Positions 51,301 through 57,761 of a stretch of DNA of 64,000 nucleotides are shown piece after piece. A program made the translations under genes and the position numbers. The notes beneath the pieces are model-generated. The model saw only the letters and a list, made by a program, of their open reading frames with translations, was not told the origin of the DNA and did no database searches. How positions within the stretch are numbered: the stretch's first letter is position 1; every line of letters begins with the position of its first letter. Source of the DNA: an uncultured Bacteroidales bacterium (lineage in GTDB: Bacteria; Bacteroidota; Bacteroidia; Bacteroidales; Bacteroidaceae); contig CACYGK010000013.1 in the NCBI GenBank assembly GCA_902774005.1, forward strand, positions 8,696 to 72,695. The letters are read 5' to 3'.

Positions 51301-53012
51301 ATATCACCAAGGAAACAAGGGTTGTTCTTCGATGAGTTGTTCAGGTTGCCCTGTCCCATCCAGCAACGGTCATTCGGATATGAACGTCCGGTACCTACTT
51401 CAGTCTGTCCCGGAGCCTTATATACACAGGGCGATTTCTCTACACCCGGAGAATCCATAAATTCATCGAGCAGGTCACCGTCCCAATAGACACGCATGTT
51501 CACATAGTCATCGCCAAAACTGTTAAGACTTGTGATAGCCTTGTCGGAAACAAGACTGATTGCACCACCAGATATACCGATAGCACCCGGATAACTGTTG
51601 TAGAAGTTACCTGCCATGCATCGTCCGTTGTCACTACCACCTCCGGTAGTGTAACGCTGTTCCGAAGTGGTTGCGTTTGTATATGCTATACCGGGAACTG
51701 CAGCACTCTCAAGACAGACGAACTGTTCCAGTCCCCAACGGTATGGGTCAAGGTCACCACAATGCTGTGCATCACCATGTCCGTAACCTGTAGTAGAAAG
51801 ACCAAAACCTGTATCGTCAATCATCATCGAACCAAAAACGATTTCATCGCGTCCGTCCATATCGACGTCGGCAATGGCGTAGTTGTGGAAACCGTTACCA
51901 AACCAAGGAGAACCACCATCGTAGCAGTTCCAGCGCCAGAGCTGAGTCAGTTCGTGAGTCTCTTTGTTTACACTAAGTGCACAGAACTTATGACGTGTGT
52001 AGCCTCCACGTCCGAGGAAGATGCTCGGATTGCGTCCATCAAGGTAAGGGGCACCGAAATAGTGCTTCTGCATACGGTGACCCAAATCGCCCCATACATT
52101 AGCATCACCCTTGGTCTCATTTGATTCGAACTGCGGCAGAGGGTAAGCCATCGGTGTCCAACTTTCAGAGCCATCCCATCCGTAAGGTTCACCTGTCTCA
52201 CCATTCAGATAGAGCAGATATTCATTGCCGACACCCATATATTCGGGACGGTCAACATTGAGACCCACCGTCATATCACCAATCTTGATAGTCTTATTAG
52301 TAGCTGTATGGATAATCATGTTGTCAGAACCACGCATGATAGCCTCAGCCTTACCGTCCTGATCCCAGTCATAAAGAATGAGGTCGAACTGCTCGTCGGG
52401 ACCAGACATAAGGTTCGGACCCATATCTATCCACCATAGACGTGTACCGTCCATCTTGTAACACTCGTGCAAGTTGAAGTCTGTATTATTAGAGCCTGAA
52501 CGAAGATTACCCGAGTCATTACGACGTTTTACGACGAATTCCATCTGTCCGTCACCATCGACATCAGCCACCGAGCAGTCGTTGAGGGTATAACCGGTCA
52601 CAACGGCACCGTTACGGTTTGTCACAGACTTCACTGGAATCTCCCAATACTGATGATCCCACGGCGTACATTGTGCAGCCAGGTCGGTACGCTCCGTACC
52701 GTTCACAACAGGTACAACTTTATATACCGAAGTCTTCGTACCTGCATCATCCTGATAGTTCGACACTGTAAGATTGGAAGCAATTTTAGTACTACCGCGA
52801 TACAGGTTGTACTTAGTATCGTAATATTCTGTCGGCAGGATACGCCAACTGACGAAAATACCGGTTCCAGATATTCCGTAACGACTGTCCTGACCAGTCT
52901 TGTCACCCTGCGGCACTGCTACCAGTCCGCGGTTCAACTTATCGGTGACTCTCTGAGCATAACTCATGCCTGCAAGACATGTAAGCAATAAGGCAAATAA
53001 GATTTTTTTCAT
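48381..53012 (-). CDS. Giant (1543 aa) T9SS cargo: PL11-like FG-GAP propeller, autotransporter-type beta-strand repeats and a C-terminal sorting domain
   Basis: Start at MKKILFALLLTCLAGMSYAQ. NDCSVADVDGDGQMEFVVKR is paralogous to the gene at 25536-27764. Repeats include IIKQGEGVLVLP...GETNVWQGTLVF, LSKLGAGSMELGTAANTF and LTKNGTGKMTITPGKLNGMLTVNDG. C-terminus IYDLQGRFVLR...GIYIRAGKKFRVK. Confidence 0.7.
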   Translation of the reverse strand: MKKILFALLLTCLAGMSYAQRVTDKLNRGLVAVPQGDKTGQDSRYGISGTGIFVSWRILPTEYYDTKYNLYRGSTKIASNLTVSNYQDDAGTKTSVYKVVPVVNGTERTDLAAQCTPWDHQYWEIPVKSVTNRNGAVVTGYTLNDCSVADVDGDGQMEFVVKRRNDSGNLRSGSNNTDFNLHECYKMDGTRLWWIDMGPNLMSGPDEQFDLILYDWDQDGKAEAIMRGSDNMIIHTATNKTIKIGDMTVGLNVDRPEYMGVGNEYLLYLNGETGEPYGWDGSESWTPMAYPLPQFESNETKGDANVWGDLGHRMQKHYFGAPYLDGRNPSIFLGRGGYTRHKFCALSVNKETHELTQLWRWNCYDGGSPWFGNGFHNYAIADVDMDGRDEIVFGSMMIDDTGFGLSTTGYGHGDAQHCGDLDPYRWGLEQFVCLESAAVPGIAYTNATTSEQRYTTGGGSDNGRCMAGNFYNSYPGAIGISGGAISLVSDKAITSLNSFGDDYVNMRVYWDGDLLDEFMDSPGVEKSPCVYKAPGQTEVGTGRSYPNDRCWMGQGNLNNSSKNNPCFLGDILGDWREEIVTRNGDKLIIQISSYPSPHGITTLWADHEYRNAMAWQCMGYNQPPHTSFFLGEMEGITKEPPANTLEGRTEVENGGTIGTTDAHLLISGYENKTVSVTDGAEPYILTVNAPAWLKGSGSKQATSSTPKLPTQTIETFTTTLTGGAFSGSTRIIKQGEGVLVLPKVTEKHTGETNVWQGTLVFDGTMESSPVWLNRHTTLISDGGTFNGGLKADYNATIYPGGKDNVGNITASALTLGFGSRIVFDGSEGQFDKVNATSLSIETKTEKVWNEFGPRYKAPVIQIKYDGALEAGTYELGTIGSVTGNVSDLLIEGTSSAVKTSLNYEEGKLLLVVENMRPAGEVTWNGTSGNNTWQQAVSENFLYEGETSVMANGDDVIFDDDAASTTVVIKGAVHPNSVTFNNETKSYTLSGDSIVGKTLTINGAGGVTLNNWNRVSSTVINAGKVTVSMLANTKGQDWGSLGKSSSAITLNDGATLVTNGVIITDQSMKISGEVSLEVPSGKSVIFNKAIKGSGAVLSKLGAGSMELGTAANTFAKLVIKNGVVTSNYSSSNAETLPGTVEFYNGTLWGANMESGSGVSNTTNFIVPANRSGSFYSSFRGTYTGKLTGAGTFNVYTGGVRAYFNGDWSAFEGTIVIGKNNRQNKKQYDPEFLLGNSKGMPLATVNVNENARLQNQGNNINVKKFGGTGALVGTGQWIVNCDENFTLTTEVGITYERKDDYGNTIAISASPLTKNGTGKMTITPGKLNGMLTVNDGIVAFNDKNLSTLVNGKYQTYVKNSGRLVGQGYFNGLTIQNGGEIKPCGSTVLETTQGTIKCANTININEGATATFLIRTASQNSAFETKNLTFNGTLKIELGSSLTPEAGQQWTLWTVSNTLQGTIAKYELPELPDGLYWDISGLQEKTGVISVTDDATVGFRLTTVDPDPCNIYDLQGRFVLRTSTPNSINGLPSGIYIRAGKKFRVK

Positions 53013-53058
53013 GTTTGTAATTGGCTTTAGTTGTAATTCATATAGACACATAACGGGG

Positions 53059-53066
53059 CAAAGGTA
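53059..53066 (-). promoter_or_regulatory. -7 box (TACCTTTG) for the giant cargo gene
   Basis: Plus strand reads CAAAGGTA, 47 nt upstream of the ATG at 53012. Confidence 0.55.
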
Positions 53067-53121
53067 ACATATTAAATTGGATTATGCCGTTCCAAATCCG
53101 ACATTTTTACATTATTAATAT

Positions 53122-53158
53122 AAAAAAACGATGTAGTGTAATAAAAAACACCACATCG
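53122..53158 (-). terminator. efp rho-independent terminator
   Basis: Minus strand: CGATGTGGTGT tttttatt ACACTACATCG followed by TTTTTTT. Confidence 0.8.
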
Positions 53159-53185
53159 CATATAAGGTATATTAAAAAGTTCGGA

Positions 53186-53755
53186 TTACCTGCGAGTAAC
53201 GTAAGAGCCGTCGCGAGTGTCAACCTCTACGAGGTCACCTTCGTTAATGAACAGAGGTACACGGATTTCAACACCTGTTTCCAGAGTTGCAGGCTTAGTT
53301 GCGTTTGTAGCAGTATCACCCTTGATACCCGGTTCTGTGTATGTTACCTGAAGCACAACCTTTACAGGAGCCTCAGCTGTGAGGATAGTACCTGTAGAAT
53401 CGTCGATTGAAGCCATCACCATAGTCTCACCTTCCTTCAGGAAGTCACCACCAGTGATAAGATCCTTAGAGATATTTACCTGCTCGTAAGTATCAGTATT
53501 CATGAATACGAGATCGTCGCCTTCCTTGTAAAGATACTGGAACTGCTGGTGAGATACCTGCACGTCGTCCAACTTAGCCGATACGATCCAAGTACGCTCG
53601 AGTACTCGTCCGTCCTCAACATTGCGGAGTTTAGTACGCATCACAGTATTACCCTTACCTGGCTTTACGTGTAGAAAATCAATAACTACGTATATCTTAC
53701 CATCGTCAAGGCGAAGGCATACGTTCTTCTTAATGTCGCCTGCTAATATAGCCAT
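53186..53755 (-). CDS. efp: Elongation factor P
   Basis: FLHVKPGKGNTVMRTKLRNV...VTYTEPGIKGDTATNATKPATLETG...RVPLFINEGD. Confidence 0.93.
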   Translation of the reverse strand: MAILAGDIKKNVCLRLDDGKIYVVIDFLHVKPGKGNTVMRTKLRNVEDGRVLERTWIVSAKLDDVQVSHQQFQYLYKEGDDLVFMNTDTYEQVNISKDLITGGDFLKEGETMVMASIDDSTGTILTAEAPVKVVLQVTYTEPGIKGDTATNATKPATLETGVEIRVPLFINEGDLVEVDTRDGSYVTRR

Positions 53756-53808
53756 ACTTTCAAATTAGGTTTGATGTTATTTATTCACTTCTTTTTCAAA
53801 ATCGGGTG

Positions 53809-53816
53809 CAAATTTA
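53809..53816 (-). promoter_or_regulatory. -7 box (TAAATTTG) upstream of efp
   Basis: Plus strand reads CAAATTTA within GGGTGCAAATTTAGG. Confidence 0.5.
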
Positions 53817-53921
53817 GGTATTATTTAGCATTCATCATTTATTATTTATCACTTTTTTCAGTTTTCATATCTCATTTTTTATTTTTCAATTGAATTATTT
53901 TGCCAGTTTCAAGAAAAGACC

Positions 53922-53929
53922 TAACTTTG
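53922..53929 (+). promoter_or_regulatory. -7 box (TAACTTTG) upstream of rpmH
   Basis: CCTAACTTTGCACCCGC. Nearly the same context is repeated at 54241. Confidence 0.55.
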
Positions 53930-54001
53930 CACCCGCTTTAGTTGACGGAGGTCTTCTGAAGGCATTCAAAAATCGAAGAATAATACAAAATACATACAAT
54001 T

Positions 54002-54157
54002 ATGAAAAGAACATTTCAACCCCACAACAGAAAGAGAATCAACAAGCACGGATTCCGTGAGCGTATGCAAACTGCAAATGGTCGCCGCGTATTGGCTTCT
54101 CGTCGCAGAAAGGGTCGCAAGTCTCTGACTGTATCAAGCGAAAACCACGGAAAATAA
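54002..54157 (+). CDS. rpmH: 50S ribosomal protein L34
   Basis: Manual translation: [51 protein letters not shown]. It is too short for the ORF track. Confidence 0.93.
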   Translation: MKRTFQPHNRKRINKHGFRERMQTANGRRVLASRRRKGRKSLTVSSENHGK

Positions 54158-54183
54158 TCTTTGTTGGTTTCGTTAAGAGTTAA

Positions 54184-54224
54184 AAAGCAGGAGTTTTCAA
54201 AAACTTCTGCTTTTAATTTTTTCT
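54184..54224 (+). terminator. rpmH terminator
   Basis: AAGCAGGAGTT ttcaa AACTTCTGCTT (one G-U pair) followed by TTAATTTTTT. Confidence 0.7.
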
Positions 54225-54241
54225 ATTTTCTTTGAAATGCC

Positions 54242-54249
54242 TACCTTTG
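54242..54249 (+). promoter_or_regulatory. -7 box (TACCTTTG) for tRNA-Ser
   Basis: CCTACCTTTGCACCCGC, 54 nt before the tRNA 5' end. Confidence 0.55.
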
Positions 54250-54302
54250 CACCCGCTTAGAAGTTTAGTAACTTCACACATTGTTTTATTGACACGTTAA
54301 AA

Positions 54303-54389
54303 GGAAAGTTGCCGGAGTGGTCGAACGGGGCGGACTCGAAATCCGCTATACGGCTTGCTGTATCGGGGGTTCGAATCCCTCACTTTCCG
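54303..54389 (+). tRNA. tRNA-Ser (anticodon CGA), long variable arm, no encoded CCA
   Basis: GGAAAGT/ACTTTCC acceptor stem, anticodon stem GCGGA/TCCGC with loop CTCGAAA, variable arm TATACGGCTTGCTGTATC, T-arm GGGGG TTCGAAT CCCTC. Confidence 0.9.
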
Positions 54390-54533
54390 CTGAGGGATGA
54401 GAACCCGGTTCGTTATCGCTTGCGCTTTCGAGCTTGCCGAGAAAGAATCCCTCACTTTCCGCTGAGGGATGAGAACCCGGTTCGTTATCGCTTGCGCTTT
54501 CGAACAACGTGAGAAAGAATCCCTCACTTTCCG
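54390..54533 (+). repeat. Two head-to-tail 72-nt units, each ending in a copy of the last 17 nt of tRNA-Ser
   Basis: Units span 54390-54461 and 54462-54533. They are identical except for a 7-nt block (GCTTGCC vs ACAACGT). GAATCCCTCACTTTCCG occurs at 54373-54389, 54445-54461 and 54517-54533. Confidence 0.95.
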
Positions 54534-54569
54534 CTTTTTATTTTCTATTTCTGAAAAAACTCCTTACTT

Positions 54570-56852
54570 ATGAAAACAAGGGATTTATTTCTTCTCACAT
54601 TACTTTTATTATTCTCCAGCGTTTATTCTTGGGCACAAAATGCAGACTACTCCAAAATGTCTTTCCTGGTTGCCGAAGAAGTACAGTCAGCTGACAAGGT
54701 AAAAGCTCTGAGCCTGTCAGGACATGAAGTCAAGCGCAATTACATCATGGCATTGGTAAAACTTCAGGACGAAGGTCAGGAAGAAGCTCTCACCAGTCGT
54801 GGATGTAATATATTCGACAATGTCGGCAACATATACATTGCAGTATTGCCAACCGATGTCTTAGCGGAACTTTCACTCGACGAACGCATTGTGCGCATTG
54901 AAGCCAACGAACTGAAGAGTGTCACGCTCGACAGTCTGCCACAAAGCAGTAACATAATTCCTATCTACCAGGGTGCAGACCTGCCTCAGGCATATACTGG
55001 AAAGGGTGTTGTCACTGGTGTGATTGATACCGGTTTCGACTTCACCCACCCTATGTTTAATGATGCAAACGGCCATAGCCGAATCAAGGAGGTATGGGAT
55101 ATGTTCACCGGTTTGGGCAATGGATACAAGAAAATCGGTTCTATCTATCGCTCTGAAAGCGACCTGAAACTCATGGAGGGTACGACCGACCAGGAGATGG
55201 AACATCATGGAACTCACGTGGCAGCTATTGCAACGGGCAGTCCTGTTATGAATGGCAAGTATCGCGGAGTAGCTTTTGACTCTGATATTGTATTAAGTAC
55301 GATATGGCTTGCAAGCACAACAACTGAATTGCGTAATAACTTTTTAGCAGACGTAAACAAATCAATAAAAGATGGCACAGGCGATCCTATATGGCAGAAT
55401 GTGATAGGCAATAACATTAGAGTATTTGACGCAACAGAGATTCTTGCCATAAAATATATTATGGACTACGCCGCAGAACACAAACAACCATGTGTTATCA
55501 ATTGCAGTTTCGGAGGACAGATAAATTTGTCCACCGACTTCACATTGGCAAATGAATTGTTCTCACAACTCACAGGTCCAGGTCGCATTATTGTTTGTTC
55601 TGCCGGCAACGACAGCGATACAGACCTCTACAGAATGAAGCCTCAGGGAGAAGTTCTTGACACACCATTATGGTTTAATTTGGCAAAAATCACCAGAAAT
55701 GTCTCCATAACTCTTCGTTCCGACAAACCTTTTACTCTTACCCTGCAACCAGACATAGAAGGTTGTACGCCGGTGACTGTTAACACAGAAGAAATACCTG
55801 AGTCAGTTTCAGACAACAATTACAGTAAATACATTGACATCACAAACGAAGCTAATGTATATGGCATTGAGAATGCAACCAAGAAACTGATGAAGAATGG
55901 CGAATATGCCTACGAAATAACAATCAGAGTACCCGACAACGATATGAATCACTACAATTCTCCTTCTGCCCAGCTCAAGATTGAAGGTGAAGGAGTGGTT
56001 GAGGTGATGGGAACTTATGCAATGGCAAGTTTTACCCGTTTATCTCTGAGACCTACGAATTGTCCATATACTGTTAATACTCCAGCTGCGTTCAGTAATG
56101 TCATTGCCGTAGGAGCTATGAATTACCGTGACGAACTGACCAATCTTAACAAAACAGAACACTACAAAACTGTTTACAACAAAAACGGCTACAATCAGAT
56201 AGTTTCCTGGTCTGGCACAGGTCCTACACTTGAGGGACTTACAAAGCCGGATATCGCTGCTTCTGGCTATAATGTCATTTCAGCTCTCAACAGCCTCATG
56301 TCAGAAAGCGAATATAAGCAAAATGACTCATACAATAAAAATATTATAGACACATTCCAAGCAGGCGACAAAGACTACTACATGTATGCAGAAAGTGGCA
56401 CATCAATGGCAGCTCCAGTTGTCACAGGTACCATAGCCCTTTGGTTGCAAGCCGATCCGGGTCTTACTCCACAGCGCATCAAAGAGGTATTTGCCAAGAC
56501 AGCTGTTCATCCCGACCCTTCGCTCACCTACCCTAACAACATGTATGGCCACGGAGCTATCGATGCCTACAAGGGACTCTGCTACATACTTGACATTCCC
56601 GACCACATCGTCGAATTCTCCGATCATCAGCCCGAAGCTGTAAACATATCACTCCAAGGCAACCTCCTCGTACTTGGCGGCATATCCCGGGCATACGTCA
56701 ACATCTATACCGTAGGCGGACAACTCCTTCGCACAGTAGAAACTACCGATGGAACCGTCAACCTTGCCGGTCTGCCGGCTGCAGTATATGCTATTCAGAT
56801 CAATACCGACTCACCATCAACTACGGGTTCCACACTCGTACGATTAAAATAA
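54570..56852 (+). CDS. Subtilisin-like S8 serine peptidase with T9SS C-terminal sorting domain
   Basis: Catalytic triad contexts GVIDTGFD, HGTHVAAIATG and SGTSMAAPVVTG. Signal peptide present. C-terminus VNIYTVGGQLLRTVETTDGTVNLAGLPAAVYAIQI. Confidence 0.88.
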   Translation: MKTRDLFLLTLLLLFSSVYSWAQNADYSKMSFLVAEEVQSADKVKALSLSGHEVKRNYIMALVKLQDEGQEEALTSRGCNIFDNVGNIYIAVLPTDVLAELSLDERIVRIEANELKSVTLDSLPQSSNIIPIYQGADLPQAYTGKGVVTGVIDTGFDFTHPMFNDANGHSRIKEVWDMFTGLGNGYKKIGSIYRSESDLKLMEGTTDQEMEHHGTHVAAIATGSPVMNGKYRGVAFDSDIVLSTIWLASTTTELRNNFLADVNKSIKDGTGDPIWQNVIGNNIRVFDATEILAIKYIMDYAAEHKQPCVINCSFGGQINLSTDFTLANELFSQLTGPGRIIVCSAGNDSDTDLYRMKPQGEVLDTPLWFNLAKITRNVSITLRSDKPFTLTLQPDIEGCTPVTVNTEEIPESVSDNNYSKYIDITNEANVYGIENATKKLMKNGEYAYEITIRVPDNDMNHYNSPSAQLKIEGEGVVEVMGTYAMASFTRLSLRPTNCPYTVNTPAAFSNVIAVGAMNYRDELTNLNKTEHYKTVYNKNGYNQIVSWSGTGPTLEGLTKPDIAASGYNVISALNSLMSESEYKQNDSYNKNIIDTFQAGDKDYYMYAESGTSMAAPVVTGTIALWLQADPGLTPQRIKEVFAKTAVHPDPSLTYPNNMYGHGAIDAYKGLCYILDIPDHIVEFSDHQPEAVNISLQGNLLVLGGISRAYVNIYTVGGQLLRTVETTDGTVNLAGLPAAVYAIQINTDSPSTTGSTLVRLK

Positions 56853-56854
56853 AA

Positions 56855-56885
56855 GAAAAGAGTGAGACACCTCACTCTTTTTCTT
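56855..56885. terminator. Bidirectional hairpin between the S8 gene and the convergent C_GCAxxG gene
   Basis: AAAAGAGTGAG acac CTCACTCTTTT followed by TCTTTTT. Confidence 0.7.
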
Positions 56886-57393
56886 TTTCCTTCAGATATC
56901 TTTCGTAAATCCTTGCAGCCGTTTCCACCATCCTGATGCACGGACGTTTCTTGTAATACTCATCCGTTCGCGCCTCGGGTGTGGCTACAATCTTTATTTC
57001 GGGTATCGTACCGTCAGCACGTTGTTTGTTCAGTCCGAGCAGTTCCTTACAAATCAGACTGCCCGTCTCAGCCTTGAATTCGGCAGCAAGACGCTGTACT
57101 ACCTCATAGTTCTTCTTCTTCGTCTCCGGACTGTAATCCTTAATCCCTCCTGTATCGGCATCTGTCACATCCTCACGCCTTACCTCCTCCAGTCCGCACA
57201 ACAGGAACATACCCAAAGCCGTACCACAGGTCTCACGCATCCTGCCTATGCCACCGCCATACGAAGCAGCGATACGTGCCATCAGTTCCACAGGGATATC
57301 ATACAGGTCGGCAAAAGCCATAGCTACCGACTGCGAACAGTTATACCCCTGCTTGAAATAGCCGATAGCCTTCTCTACCCTGCCCTGCTCCAT
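56872..57393 (-). CDS. C_GCAxxG_C_C family protein (putative redox-active)
   Basis: FKQGYNCSQSVAMAF N-terminal motif with further conserved Cys residues (ETCGTALG, LICKELLG, RPCIRMV). Confidence 0.65.
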   Translation of the reverse strand: MEQGRVEKAIGYFKQGYNCSQSVAMAFADLYDIPVELMARIAASYGGGIGRMRETCGTALGMFLLCGLEEVRREDVTDADTGGIKDYSPETKKKNYEVVQRLAAEFKAETGSLICKELLGLNKQRADGTIPEIKIVATPEARTDEYYKKRPCIRMVETAARIYERYLKEKEKE

Positions 57394-57395
57394 AA

Positions 57396-57713
57396 TTAAG
57401 CTTCTCCTTTGCCCATTCCGAACGGAGCAATCGTACCACCGCCCTTCGGCTGTTGCTGCTGAGTCAGGTCAATCCTGCCAAACTGCTTCTCATACTTGCC
57501 TACATTATCCTGTAGCGCAAGCATCAGACGCTTGGCATGTTCGGGTGCCATGATGACACGCGATGCCACTTGAGCCTTCTGCATACCCGGAAGCATCTGT
57601 ACAAAATCCATTACAAACTCACAATTCGAATGAGTAATAACGGCGAGGTTACTGTAGGTACCTCCCGCTACATCTGGTTTCAGTTCAATCTGAACCTGTT
57701 TTTCTTCTGCCAT
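57396..57713 (-). CDS. DUF3467-family small protein
   Basis: GGTYSNLAVITHSNCEFVMDFVQMLPG...RVIMAPEHAKRL. Confidence 0.6.
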   Translation of the reverse strand: MAEEKQVQIELKPDVAGGTYSNLAVITHSNCEFVMDFVQMLPGMQKAQVASRVIMAPEHAKRLMLALQDNVGKYEKQFGRIDLTQQQQPKGGGTIAPFGMGKGEA

Positions 57714-57726
57714 ATTGTTTTACTTC

Positions 57727-57761
57727 GTAAAAAGTTAAAAGTTAAAAGTTAAAAGTTTAAT
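57727..57761 (+). repeat. 7-nt-period tract GTAAAAA GTTAAAA GTTAAAA GTTAAAA GTTTAAT
   Basis: Read directly; covers the dsbD stop codon (57749-57751) and its last codons. Confidence 0.9.

Noticed and set aside
54158-54302. Missing rnpA after rpmH
   Set aside because: rpmH is followed by a terminator and the tRNA-Ser promoter rather than rnpA. Gene order varies among phyla and rnpA may be elsewhere, so this is not evidence of anything unusual without the whole genome.
54297-54527. ORFs of 76 aa (minus) and 67 aa (plus, 54309-54512) with internally repeated peptides across tRNA-Ser and its repeats
   Set aside because: They start inside the tRNA gene, and the repetition simply mirrors the 72-nt DNA repeat. 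There is no start context or promoter. They are kept only as a note (Arg-rich plus-frame peptide) under the tRNA-repeat finding.
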